A stretch of DNA of 64,000 nucleotides, taken from assembly GCA_902797985.1 (NCBI GenBank), contig CADBUZ010000010.1:6755-70754 (forward strand). Direction: 5' to 3'. This DNA is from an uncultured bacterium. Lineage in GTDB: Bacteria > Cyanobacteriota > Vampirovibrionia > Gastranaerophilales > Gastranaerophilaceae. Under the pieces are notes generated by a model, which made no database searches, was not told where the DNA came from, and saw only the letters and a list, made by a program, of their open reading frames with translations. Shown piece by piece: positions 49,297 through 58,657 of the stretch (positions are counted from its first letter, which is position 1; each line of letters opens with the position of its first letter). The position numbers and the translations under genes are program-made.

Positions 49297-49423
49297 AAAT
49301 CTTTAATTCAAACTTAGCTAAACAATAAAGCAACTCATTAAAGAAATCCTTTACTCCCTCAAAATAAATTGCCATAGAATCTTTAAAGCTAACTGTTCCG
49401 GGTAATAATAATTCGTTAAACAT
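49295..49423 (-). CDS. Unannotated 42-aa ORF with strong RBS
   Basis: On the minus strand, AAGGAG lies 6 nt upstream of the ATG at 49423. That ATG overlaps the stop of the upstream 63-aa ORF (ATGTTTAA). It is below the ORF-track size cutoff. Confidence 0.35.
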   Translation of the reverse strand: MFNELLLPGTVSFKDSMAIYFEGVKDFFNELLYCLAKFELKI

Positions 49424-49607
49424 ATTTACTCCTTAACACTTCATATCCAAAATAAGTAACGGTATTTTTATTTAAAACTTTAGTTTTTGTTACAAAAATT
49501 AAAAATATGTTATAAAACCATGCACACATGGAATTTAGAAAGTAGAGAAATCTGCACCTTAAATATCCAATAACAACCCCCAAAAGAGTATTCATAAAAA
49601 TACTCAT
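49416..49607 (-). CDS. Small hydrophobic protein (63 aa, two predicted TM segments)
   Basis: ORF from the track. It is coupled to the 42-aa ORF downstream. No clear RBS. Confidence 0.3.
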   Translation of the reverse strand: MSIFMNTLLGVVIGYLRCRFLYFLNSMCAWFYNIFLIFVTKTKVLNKNTVTYFGYEVLRSKYV

Positions 49608-49697
49608 ACAAACGGTTGATTTATCATCAAAAAACTCGAAAAAACATGCCCTTTAATAAAAAATATGTTATAATCCTGTTGGAGATATGGTAAATAA

Positions 49698-51305
49698 ATG
49701 AACAACCTACAATTTCAGAACGACGTTAATTTATTATTAGCGGTTCTACCTGACAAAATTAAGAGTCAGATAACTTATTCCAAAATGGAAGATGTAATAG
49801 AAATAGTTCTGGACATCGGTCGGCGTCCCGAGATAAGACACTCAGACGGCAAAATCGACAAATTGGACACGGGAGAAATTACATCCGAGGACATTGAAGA
49901 AGTCACGTCAAAACTTCCTGAATTTACAAGCGACAACCGCTCCGGCATCCCCGGAACATTGCACAGAATAAGTGCGATAAGAAACCGTCAAGGTAAAGTA
50001 GTAGGTTTAACATGCAGAGTAGGTAGAGTTGTTACCGGCACTATTGCTTGCATTAAAGATTTTTGTTTAATGGGTAAAAGCATTTTATTTTTAGGTCGTC
50101 CGGGAGTAGGTAAAACAACTAAGTTACGTGAAATATCACGTCTTGTTGCTGATGAACTTGGCAAAAGAGTTGTTGTAGTTGATACTTCCAATGAAATTGC
50201 CGGAGATGGCGATATCCCACATCCTGCAATCGGCTCAGCTAGAAGAATGCAGGTTAGACAACCTGAATTTCAAAAAGATATTATGATAGAAGCGGTTGAA
50301 AACCACACACCTGAAGTCATTGTCGTAGATGAAATAGGGACAGAAGCAGAAGCTCAAGCAGCAAGAACTATTGCAGAACGTGGGGTTATGCTTATAGCAA
50401 CCGCTCACGGTAATACTCTGGAAAACTTAATTAAAAACCCAACTCTATCAGATTTGGTAGGTGGTATTCAATCAGTTACTCTAGGGGACGATGAAGCAAA
50501 ACGCAGAGCCTCTCAAAAAACCGTTTTGGAAAGAGAAAAACAACCTACTTTTGACATTGTAATAGAAATTATTGATAGAAATACTTTAGCCGTATACAAA
50601 AATACATCAGAAGCGGTTGACTACATACTTAGAGGATGGCCGATAAGACCAGAAATAAGAAAAGTTCAAGAAGATGCAAATATTGCTATAGAAAGTGTTA
50701 AAACTGCCGCAGAACACATAAATACAATCGAATCAAAACTTTTAGAAAAACCTGAAGATACCTTAAAGTTCAGTTTTTCAAGAAAAGAATATGTGGAAAG
50801 TATTAAGCCGATAAAGAAAATATACCTATATGCAGTATCTCGAAGCATAGTGGAAAAAGCTATAGAAAGACTTGACTTAAATGCTGAATTAACAAGAAAC
50901 ATTGATGATGCTGATTTAGTAATTGCGCATAAAAACTTTGCAAAAGGCGGTGCAAAAATTTTATCAACGGCTAATGAATATAGGCTTCAAGTATTTTATG
51001 TAAAAACAAACTCTATGGCTCAAATACAAAAAGTATTAAAAGATGCTTTATGCGTTGATGAAACAGATGCTGAAAGCATTCACGGATACTATGACGAAGC
51101 AGAAAGAGCGCTTGATGAAGCAAAAGCAGCAATAAATAAAATACTTGCAGGAGCAGAAAAAATTGAGTTAAATCCTCAAAATCAACAAATAAGGAAACTT
51201 CAACACGCTCTTGTCGAACAGCATAATTTAGAGAGCAGTTCGGTAGGAGAAGGTAAAGACCGACATTTACGAATAGTTGGCGGAAACGAATTTAAAAACA
51301 GTTAA
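49698..51305 (+). CDS. Ycf45/SpoIIIAA-like AAA ATPase with C-terminal R3H-type region
   Basis: Walker A GRPGVGKTT and Walker B VIVVDEIGT. The architecture is as in cyanobacterial/plastid Ycf45. Confidence 0.6.
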   Translation: MNNLQFQNDVNLLLAVLPDKIKSQITYSKMEDVIEIVLDIGRRPEIRHSDGKIDKLDTGEITSEDIEEVTSKLPEFTSDNRSGIPGTLHRISAIRNRQGKVVGLTCRVGRVVTGTIACIKDFCLMGKSILFLGRPGVGKTTKLREISRLVADELGKRVVVVDTSNEIAGDGDIPHPAIGSARRMQVRQPEFQKDIMIEAVENHTPEVIVVDEIGTEAEAQAARTIAERGVMLIATAHGNTLENLIKNPTLSDLVGGIQSVTLGDDEAKRRASQKTVLEREKQPTFDIVIEIIDRNTLAVYKNTSEAVDYILRGWPIRPEIRKVQEDANIAIESVKTAAEHINTIESKLLEKPEDTLKFSFSRKEYVESIKPIKKIYLYAVSRSIVEKAIERLDLNAELTRNIDDADLVIAHKNFAKGGAKILSTANEYRLQVFYVKTNSMAQIQKVLKDALCVDETDAESIHGYYDEAERALDEAKAAINKILAGAEKIELNPQNQQIRKLQHALVEQHNLESSSVGEGKDRHLRIVGGNEFKNS

Positions 51306-51310
51306 TAAAA

Positions 51311-51347
51311 AAAACGGCAGATACCAAAATATCTGCCGTTTTATTTT
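51311..51347 (+). terminator. Rho-independent terminator
   Basis: AACGGCAGATA-loop-TATCTGCCGTT followed by TTATTTT. Confidence 0.75.
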
Positions 51348-51361
51348 GTGTGAGTGTTAAT

Positions 51362-51601
51362 TTAAGCTACCGTGTTTAACTTTTGATTAACAACAGGAGC
51401 AGTTTCATGTTCAGAAAGGAATCTAAAGGTACGATACAGCTTGTAACCCAACGATGTAATAGGGTTAGCATTAATAGAATCTGCTCTTTGTGCAATCAAT
51501 TTTTCTTTCTCAAAGTTTACTTTAATTTGTTGTTGAGAACGCGGTGCGATTGGTTGACTATTTGAAGTATAATTTATATTATTTATTGCGTTGATTTTCA
51601 T
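51362..51601 (-). CDS. Hypothetical 79-aa protein
   Basis: ORF with AGGAAAAAA-type RBS. No domain recognised. Confidence 0.4.
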   Translation of the reverse strand: MKINAINNINYTSNSQPIAPRSQQQIKVNFEKEKLIAQRADSINANPITSLGYKLYRTFRFLSEHETAPVVNQKLNTVA

Positions 51602-51791
51602 TTTTTCCTCTAAGTCTTTTGTTTTAAGTGTGACTTATACACTTCTTTTAACACTTTTATTATGATACAGATTAAAATATTTGTCAAGTGTTAATTTTAC
51701 ACTAATTCATAATAGGTCTAAACCCAGTGAGGATAGTCGTTTTAGATAAAGTGCATTTTATACACTTAATCACTTTTGTGGTTATTTTAAA

Positions 51792-51816
51792 TAAAAAATC
51801 CCCCACATGGAGGATT
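51792..51816 (-). terminator. Terminator directly after the transketolase N-terminal subunit gene
   Basis: On the minus strand, the hairpin ATCCTCCATGTGGGGGAT (one mismatch) is followed by TTTTTT. Confidence 0.5.
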
Positions 51817-51847
51817 ATTATCTTTATATTTATAAAAAACCCTTATA

Positions 51848-52699
51848 TTAAACTCTTTCAAGTTCTTTTAAAGCTTGTTCAAACTGCTCATCATTAGGAG
51901 CTTTTCCATGCCAGCCGGCATTATTTTCCATAAAGGACACACCTTTACCTTTTACTGTGTTTGCAATTATTGCAAAAGGCTTCTCAGATACTTTTCCTTT
52001 TTCGACGGCTTGATATATTTCATTAAAATTGTGTCCGTCAATAGATACAACTTCCCAGCCAAAAGCTTCAAGTTTTTTATCAAGAGGGTTCAACGACGTA
52101 ACTTTTTCTGTTTCACCATCTATTTGTAACCCGTTTCTGTCAATAATGGCAATTATATTATCTAATTTTCTGTGTGACACTTGCATAAAAGCTTCCCAGA
52201 CAGAGCCTTCTTGTAATTCACCATCGCCCATATAAACAACAACATTAGCAGGATTATTGTCAAGTTTTAAACCTAATGCGATACCACATCCTACAGACAA
52301 TCCTTGTCCTAATGAACCTGTTGAAACCTCTATTCCGTCCAATTCCTTACAGCAAGGATGACCTTGTAGCCTTGAGCCAAATTTTCTAAAAGTCATAAGT
52401 TCTGCTTCCGGGAAAAATCCTTTTTGGGATAAAACAGAATACAAAAGAGCTGATGCGTGACCTTTTGACAATATAAATCTGTCACGATTTACAAACTTTT
52501 GAGATTTCTTCCAATCTGTCGGAATATTTAATGATTTATTATATAAAACATTTAAAATTTCCACTCCGGAAAAAGCTCCTCCGATATGACCGGATGCAGC
52601 GTTATGAACCATTTTTAAAATATTAATTCTTGTTTGTTTACAAATCTTTTTTAAATTTTCAATTTCTAATTCTGATAAAACATTTTCCATAATAAACAC
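51848..52699 (-). CDS. Transketolase, N-terminal (TPP-binding) subunit
   Basis: GHIGGAFSGVEIL, SKGHASALLYSVL and GDGELQEGSVWEA; 283 aa. Confidence 0.85.
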   Translation of the reverse strand: MFIMENVLSELEIENLKKICKQTRINILKMVHNAASGHIGGAFSGVEILNVLYNKSLNIPTDWKKSQKFVNRDRFILSKGHASALLYSVLSQKGFFPEAELMTFRKFGSRLQGHPCCKELDGIEVSTGSLGQGLSVGCGIALGLKLDNNPANVVVYMGDGELQEGSVWEAFMQVSHRKLDNIIAIIDRNGLQIDGETEKVTSLNPLDKKLEAFGWEVVSIDGHNFNEIYQAVEKGKVSEKPFAIIANTVKGKGVSFMENNAGWHGKAPNDEQFEQALKELERV

Positions 52700-52708
52700 C
52701 GTTTCCTA

Positions 52709-53434
52709 TTATCTGGTAATAAACTTTTCTTTAAACACTCTCATAATAAAAAGAGGAAGTGTTGGGAAGATTCTTTTAAATCTTTCAGGTTGTTTTACTG
52801 TTCTATACAACCATTCTACACCCAATTTTTGATATATTTCAGGAGCTCTTTCAACCGTTCCTGACCAAACATCAAAACTTCCGCCCACTCCTATCATTAA
52901 TCCAAATGGAACTATTTTTTTAGCTTTTGAAATAAATTTTTCCTGCTTTGGAGAACCTAGAGCTACTAACACCAACCTTGCCCCTGACTGACTTAATTCA
53001 TCCAACACTCTATCTTCATCATCAAAATAGCCATCTTGTGAATAAACTATATTCACACCCTCAATTTCAGATTTTAAATTATCACATGCTTTCTGTATAA
53101 CCTCAGGTTTTGCACCAATCAAAGCGACAGGAAGATTATTTTGAGCCGATAGCTCTATCATTTTTCGCGCATAATCAACACCGGCTATTCTATCGACATT
53201 ATAACCAAGTATTTTTAACCCTATTTTAACCCCTACTCCGTCAGGAATAACCATTTCTGCAGTTTCTAATATAGATGCAAATTCTTTATCTACTTTTGCG
53301 CAGTCAAACATTTCAGGATTTATGGTTACAACTTGAGATACTTTATCTTCCTTTTCAAGCTTTAAGCCTTCTTCAAGAGCCCCTTCAAAGCTAAATCTAT
53401 CAATTTCATAACCTAATAATTTTACTCTGTCCAT
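52709..53434 (-). CDS. WecG/TagA/CpsF-family glycosyltransferase
   Basis: PDGVGV...LIGAKPEV...GYFD...ARLVLVALGSPKQEKF pattern; 241 aa. Confidence 0.8.
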   Translation of the reverse strand: MDRVKLLGYEIDRFSFEGALEEGLKLEKEDKVSQVVTINPEMFDCAKVDKEFASILETAEMVIPDGVGVKIGLKILGYNVDRIAGVDYARKMIELSAQNNLPVALIGAKPEVIQKACDNLKSEIEGVNIVYSQDGYFDDEDRVLDELSQSGARLVLVALGSPKQEKFISKAKKIVPFGLMIGVGGSFDVWSGTVERAPEIYQKLGVEWLYRTVKQPERFKRIFPTLPLFIMRVFKEKFITR

Positions 53435-53538
53435 AACAAGATTATACTTGAAAAATTGAAATAAGTATATATAATAATTTTATAAAATATTTGAACAATT
53501 TTAATTATAAATCGTTTAATAAATAAGGAGGCTAACCT

Positions 53539-54260
53539 ATGAAAAAATTATTAACAACAATGGTCGTTCTTGCAGTAGCAAGCACAACAACAATGGCAGC
53601 GACAACTTATACAGAAAAAGCTGTTAACAAACTTGTAAACCCGATTGCAAAAACAGAAGCTAGTGCAAGAAACCAAGCAGCACAAGCTCAAAAAGCCGCA
53701 CAAGCAAAAAAAGATGCTGCTATAAAAGCACAAAAGGCACAAAAAGCTAAAGCTGAAGCATTCAAAAAAGCTCAACAACAAAAAGTAAAAGACCAAAAAG
53801 CTAAAGCTGAAGCTCTTAAAAAGGCTCAAGAACAAAAAATTAAAGACCAAAAGGCTAAAGCTGAAGCTCTTAAAAAGGCTCAAGAACAAAAAATTAAAAA
53901 GAACAAAAAATTAAAGATCAAAAAGCTAAATTAGACGCAGCAAAAAAAGCTCAACAACAAAAAATTAAGGATCAAAAAGCTAAAGCTGAAGCAGCTAAAA
54001 AAGCTCAAGAACAAAAAATTAAAGATCAAAAAGCTAAATTAGACGCAGCTAAAAAAGCTCAAGAACAAAAAGCAAAAGCGGCTAAAAAAGCAGCAGAAGA
54101 TAAAGCAAAAGCAGCAAAAAAACAAGTAAACACTGTTAAATCAAATGCTAAAAACAGAGTTAATGCAGAAAAGAAAGCTGTTTCTAACGCTAAATCAAAT
54201 GCTAAAAAGACTGTTGAAACAAAGAAAAAACTATGGAAGGATTTGACAAAAATCAAATAG
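53539..54260 (+). pseudogene. Secreted Lys/Ala/Gln-rich tandem-repeat protein, frameshifted by a 17-bp duplication
   Basis: Signal peptide MKKLLTTMVVLAVASTTTMA, then 54-nt (18-aa KAQEQKIKDQKAKAEALK) repeats. At 53884-53900, GAACAAAAAATTAAAAA duplicates the following sequence. This causes a stop at 53932, while the frame that continues the repeats stays open from 53898 to the TAG at 54258-54260. Confidence 0.7.
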
Positions 54261-54283
54261 TTGCAAAACAGAATAAAATAAAA

Positions 54284-54318
54284 GACTTAACTATTAATAT
54301 ATGGTTAAGTCTTTTTTA
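54284..54318 (+). terminator. Rho-independent terminator after the repeat-protein gene
   Basis: AGACTTAAC-loop-GTTAAGTCT followed by TTTTT. Its position after 54260, not after 53934, supports the longer gene. Confidence 0.7.
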
Positions 54319-54365
54319 TTTCTATAAAACTTGTACACAAAAGCTTATTATTATATAATACTGCT

Positions 54366-55889
54366 ATGGTATCTAAGTCAATAACAGCAACCACAATAGG
54401 GTTAGACGCATATAAAATAGATGTAGAAGTAGATGTTACAAATTCACTTCCAAGCGTGACAATTGTAGGATTACCTGATAATGCAGTATCAGAAGCAAAA
54501 GAAAGAATAAGATCTGCTATAAAAAATTCAGGCTATACCTTCCCTAATACAAAAGTAGTTATAAATCTCGCCCCAGCAGATATTAAAAAAGAAGGTACTT
54601 TCTTTGATTTACCTATGGCTATAGGAATTTTACAAGAAGAAGGAGTTATAGAATCTGAAAAAATAAAAGATACCGCTTTTATTGGAGAATTGTCACTTGA
54701 TGGTTCTGTCAGAAGTGTTAACGGAATATTGTCAATTGTTACAGGCTTAAAAGAAAATGGAATAAAAACAGTTTTTGTTCCGAAAGACAACTCAAAAGAA
54801 GCAGCATTAGTACAAGATATTGTTATAATCGGTGCAGAACATTTATCAGATGTAGTGAACCATTATTCCGAAGAACCAATTAATCCTACAAAAATAGATA
54901 TCACAAAGTATCTTTCGACATCAACGCAAGAAGAATATATATATGATTTTAAAGATGTAAAAGGGCAACAAAAAGCAAAAAAAGCGTTGGAAATAGCTGC
55001 TGCAGGAGGACATAATATACTAATGTCCGGCACTCCGGGTTCTGGAAAAACCCTTATGGCAAAATGTTTTGCATCAATCCTTCCTCCTTTAGAATTAGAA
55101 GAAGCTTTAGAGCTTACAAAAATTTATTCAATAAGCGGACTTTTATCAAAAGATGAACCTCTTATGACAAAACGACCATACAGACCTGTGCACCATACAG
55201 CCTCTTCTGTCGGTATTATAGGAGGAGGCTCAAATCCTAAACCGGGTGAGATAACTCTTGCCCATAGAGGGGTTTTATTTTTGGACGAGATGGTTGAATT
55301 CCCTCGAAATGTTTTAGAAACCCTGCGTCAACCGTTAGAAGACGGATATGTAGTAATATCCAGAGCTAAAACTTCAATAACATATCCTTCAAAATTTATG
55401 CTGGTTGGAGCAATGAATCCATGCCCTTGCGGGTTTTTAGGTGATACTGAAAAACAATGTACCTGCACAGATATTCAAATTCAAAGATACCGTTCAAGAT
55501 TATCAGGGCCGCTTCTTGATAGAATTGATATTATTATTGATGTTCCAAGACTAACCTCTGACGAATTGTTAAACATTAATGAAAAAACTGAAACCTCTGC
55601 TCAAATTAGAGAACGTGTTATAAAAGCAAGAAAAATTCAAACAGAAAGATATAAAAATGAAGGTATTTTTACAAATTCAGAACTCAATTCAAAACTAATA
55701 GAAAAATACTGTAAATTAGATGATAACTCTCAAAAATTAATGAAAATGGCATCAATTAAATATCAACTTTCAGGAAGAAAATATTCAAGAATATTAAAAC
55801 TTGCAAGAACTATAGCAGATTTATCAGGGGACGAAAACATTTCAACTGTCCATATTTCACAAGCCCTTCAATATAGAACACAAGAATAA
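54366..55889 (+). CDS. YifB/ComM-family Mg-chelatase-like AAA+ ATPase
   Basis: Lon-like N-domain, Walker A GTPGSGKT, LFLDEM and the C-terminal ChlI-like region; 507 aa. Confidence 0.85.
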   Translation: MVSKSITATTIGLDAYKIDVEVDVTNSLPSVTIVGLPDNAVSEAKERIRSAIKNSGYTFPNTKVVINLAPADIKKEGTFFDLPMAIGILQEEGVIESEKIKDTAFIGELSLDGSVRSVNGILSIVTGLKENGIKTVFVPKDNSKEAALVQDIVIIGAEHLSDVVNHYSEEPINPTKIDITKYLSTSTQEEYIYDFKDVKGQQKAKKALEIAAAGGHNILMSGTPGSGKTLMAKCFASILPPLELEEALELTKIYSISGLLSKDEPLMTKRPYRPVHHTASSVGIIGGGSNPKPGEITLAHRGVLFLDEMVEFPRNVLETLRQPLEDGYVVISRAKTSITYPSKFMLVGAMNPCPCGFLGDTEKQCTCTDIQIQRYRSRLSGPLLDRIDIIIDVPRLTSDELLNINEKTETSAQIRERVIKARKIQTERYKNEGIFTNSELNSKLIEKYCKLDDNSQKLMKMASIKYQLSGRKYSRILKLARTIADLSGDENISTVHISQALQYRTQE

Positions 55890-55984
55890 AAAATTCCTCT
55901 AAATTATTTATTGACAAATTAATTCTAATGCAATAAATTGTAATTGATATATAACTACTATTTAATAAAAGAAAGTGTAAAAAG

Positions 55985-56497
55985 ATGTTTAATATATTTG
56001 GTAAGAAAAAAGAAAAAGTAGAGCAAAAAATTGCTCAAATACTATTTGATAACTCAATGGTAATATCAACAGCTGAATCCTGCACAGGAGGTCTGCTTAG
56101 CTCAAGATTAACAGATGTTCCAGGAAGTTCATTATATACAAAATTAAATTTTGTAACCTATTCAAATGCAGTTAAACAAAGCTTACTCGGTGTGAGCCAA
56201 GATACTCTTGAACAATATGGTGCAGTTAGCAAAGAATGTGCTGCAGAAATGGCATTAGGTTTACACGAAAAAACAAACGCAGATGTTGTTATTTGCACAA
56301 CAGGTATTGCAGGCCCAACAGGAGGAAGTCCCAATAAACCTGTCGGCTTAATGTATGTTGCTATAAAATCTAAATACAAAGCTGTCGTTCAAGAATTCAG
56401 ATTAAATCCAAAACTTAAACGCACAAAAATGAAATACAAATTCACCCAATGTGCATTAGAAATGCTTTTAGACTTCTTATCTGATATTAGTGCGTAG
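55985..56497 (+). CDS. CinA-family protein (PncC-like nicotinamide-nucleotide amidohydrolase domain)
   Basis: TAESCTGGLL...GVS...GAVS...A.EMA...TGIAGP pattern. Confidence 0.8.
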   Translation: MFNIFGKKKEKVEQKIAQILFDNSMVISTAESCTGGLLSSRLTDVPGSSLYTKLNFVTYSNAVKQSLLGVSQDTLEQYGAVSKECAAEMALGLHEKTNADVVICTTGIAGPTGGSPNKPVGLMYVAIKSKYKAVVQEFRLNPKLKRTKMKYKFTQCALEMLLDFLSDISA

Positions 56498-57413
56498 TAC
56501 TTGAATTAGCCATAGACGCAAATTTTTCAAGCAAATCAGGACATCTGTCAATTAATAATTTTGCAAATTGTCTTGTATCAACTTGTGTTGCGACAACAGA
56601 GAATAAATCTTCAGGAAGCTGTCTTGTCATTCTCGTTAAAGAATCATGGTTTAATGCTACCATAGATTTAACCATATCAGGTTTTTGAAGTCTTGATACC
56701 ATGCCATTATATGCTTCTGAGCTAAATTGGAGAAGCACATTTTTATCTTCATTAGCCATCTGGAATGCAACATTACGTTGTATATCAGGATCAAGAGAAG
56801 CCATTACTTCTCTAAATTGTTTGTCTGGCAGAGCTGTAATTTGTGAAATCAACTTGGAAGCATCACTTTGATCAGCCGCTTCACCTGAAATACTTTCAGC
56901 CAACTGAATAAGCATATCAGGAGGCAAATTCTTGAGCTGTGCTGTCACTTGTTCTTTAGGTATTTCGGAACTCATAAAAAATGATTCCATTGCTTCTTCC
57001 GGCATCATTGCTATTATCTGGGACAATGAGAACGCCTCCAGCGCAACACTAGCCGACTCTGCTACAGATACTTTTCCAAGCATCTGCTCAAGTTTTTCCT
57101 GTGTAAAGAAGTTGAGTCCGATTACCATGTCTTCATCGTCAAGCAATTCCATTACTTTTTCACGCTGCTCTGATGACATTTTTTGCAATATATTATATTT
57201 ATTGGCAGGATCAGCCAACTGGAAGGTTTCTATCAATTCATCAGCACTTCCGAACAATTTTCGGCCATAATCTTTTGCAACGGCGTTTCCGCTTTCTGCT
57301 TCTGCCTCAATTATTTCATCTACCGATCGATTCGTATAATCCTGCATTCTCGAGGTTGTTATATTGAGTTTATCCATCAAATGATATTGATCGGTATTCA
57401 ATGAAATAGTCAT
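56487..57413 (-). CDS. Acidic helical-repeat hypothetical protein (weak FliG/MgtE-N-like feel)
   Basis: 308-aa ORF. The resemblance is low-confidence only. Confidence 0.35.
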   Translation of the reverse strand: MTISLNTDQYHLMDKLNITTSRMQDYTNRSVDEIIEAEAESGNAVAKDYGRKLFGSADELIETFQLADPANKYNILQKMSSEQREKVMELLDDEDMVIGLNFFTQEKLEQMLGKVSVAESASVALEAFSLSQIIAMMPEEAMESFFMSSEIPKEQVTAQLKNLPPDMLIQLAESISGEAADQSDASKLISQITALPDKQFREVMASLDPDIQRNVAFQMANEDKNVLLQFSSEAYNGMVSRLQKPDMVKSMVALNHDSLTRMTRQLPEDLFSVVATQVDTRQFAKLLIDRCPDLLEKFASMANSSTTH

Positions 57414-57497
57414 AGATATCTCCTATTTGTATATATTATATATATAATAAGTAAATATTTTTTCAAAAATTGACTTTTTTATTAAGTTTTATTAACA

Positions 57498-58136
57498 TTA
57501 CTGCTTTATTGTAACAGGCGGTGGTTGAATATACAAAGGGAGAACTTTCGCCCAATTTCCTTCATCTGTTTTTAGTTTTTCAACTGCTATTTGAGATAAA
57601 ATTTCTCCAAGCTCAAATTCTGCTTGTTCGTAAGAAATAACTTCTTCTGCAGGAAGTCTGAATCTTTCTATTAATCTATTATCTGTAATGACTTTTTTAC
57701 CTTTTATCATTTCATCAACTTTTTCAAGCTCCACAGCTCCATATAATTTTTTGTCATAATAATAGGCTTTATTTTTTCTTGCATCAAGCGCAACAATATA
57801 TTCATCATTTTTAGCACGAGAAATAATTTCTAATGAAGAAATCCCTATTGCCTTGCACCCCAATTGTTGAGCCATAACTCTTGCAACCGTTGTACATGCT
57901 CTTATCCCCGTAAAACTTCCCGGTCCGACATTTATAGCAATAGCATATAAATCTTGAGGAGTTTTATTACTTACTTTCAAAATATTTTTAATTGTAGATA
58001 TTAAATATGCAGAATGATAACTCTTTTCATCTGAAAAAATAGTTTCTGAAGAAATAATATCACTCTCCGTTCTAAGTACAACATAAGTTTTATCTAAGCA
58101 TGTATCAAAAGCTAATAATAATTTTTCGTTTTCCAT
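57498..58136 (-). CDS. tsaB: tRNA t6A biosynthesis protein TsaB
   Basis: GPGSFTGIR motif; 212 aa. Adjacent to tsaE. Confidence 0.85.
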   Translation of the reverse strand: MENEKLLLAFDTCLDKTYVVLRTESDIISSETIFSDEKSYHSAYLISTIKNILKVSNKTPQDLYAIAINVGPGSFTGIRACTTVARVMAQQLGCKAIGISSLEIISRAKNDEYIVALDARKNKAYYYDKKLYGAVELEKVDEMIKGKKVITDNRLIERFRLPAEEVISYEQAEFELGEILSQIAVEKLKTDEGNWAKVLPLYIQPPPVTIKQ

Positions 58137-58138
58137 AA

Positions 58139-58609
58139 TTATTTTTCCATTTTTGAAATTATATCTTTTTTGCTATCCCCAATAGCAGTAAATGAATAAC
58201 ATCTATTGTCATCATCATCGTAAGTAACATTTATTTCAATCCTATCAAATGGGACTTCCCCTTGTGAAAACTCAGCCCATTCTACAAATGTAAGGCATTT
58301 CCCTTCAGAATATTCTCTAAGCTCATCAGTTATTGTTTTTATACCAACATTTTCTAACCTATACAAATCAAAATGATAGATAGGAATTTCTCCTGTATGG
58401 TATTCATTCAAAATGGTAAAACTGGGACTTGTTACTTTTTCTTTTATATCAAGTGCTTCTGCGACAAGTCTGACGAAAGCTGTTTTCCCCGCACCTATAT
58501 CACCAAAAAGATTAACAAAACAGCCGACTTCTTTTGTAGCATCTGCAAATTTTTTTGCTAACTCTCGTGTGTCTTCTATCGAATAACAAGTCTTTGTATA
58601 CTTATCCAT
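58139..58609 (-). CDS. tsaE: tRNA t6A biosynthesis ATPase TsaE
   Basis: GDIGAGKT Walker A, SPSFTI and HFDLYRL motifs. Confidence 0.85.
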   Translation of the reverse strand: MDKYTKTCYSIEDTRELAKKFADATKEVGCFVNLFGDIGAGKTAFVRLVAEALDIKEKVTSPSFTILNEYHTGEIPIYHFDLYRLENVGIKTITDELREYSEGKCLTFVEWAEFSQGEVPFDRIEINVTYDDDDNRCYSFTAIGDSKKDIISKMEK

Positions 58610-58657
58610 TTAAAATTCCTCTAAATATATTGTAGTTTGAAAATAAAAAAAGGTAAA

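Noticed and set aside
53551-54256. Minus-strand ORFs 53551-53889 and 54059-54256
   Set aside because: Antisense shadows of the KAQEQK tandem-repeat gene. Their Phe/Leu/Ser/Cys-rich low complexity is typical of reverse-complemented AAG/GCT repeats.
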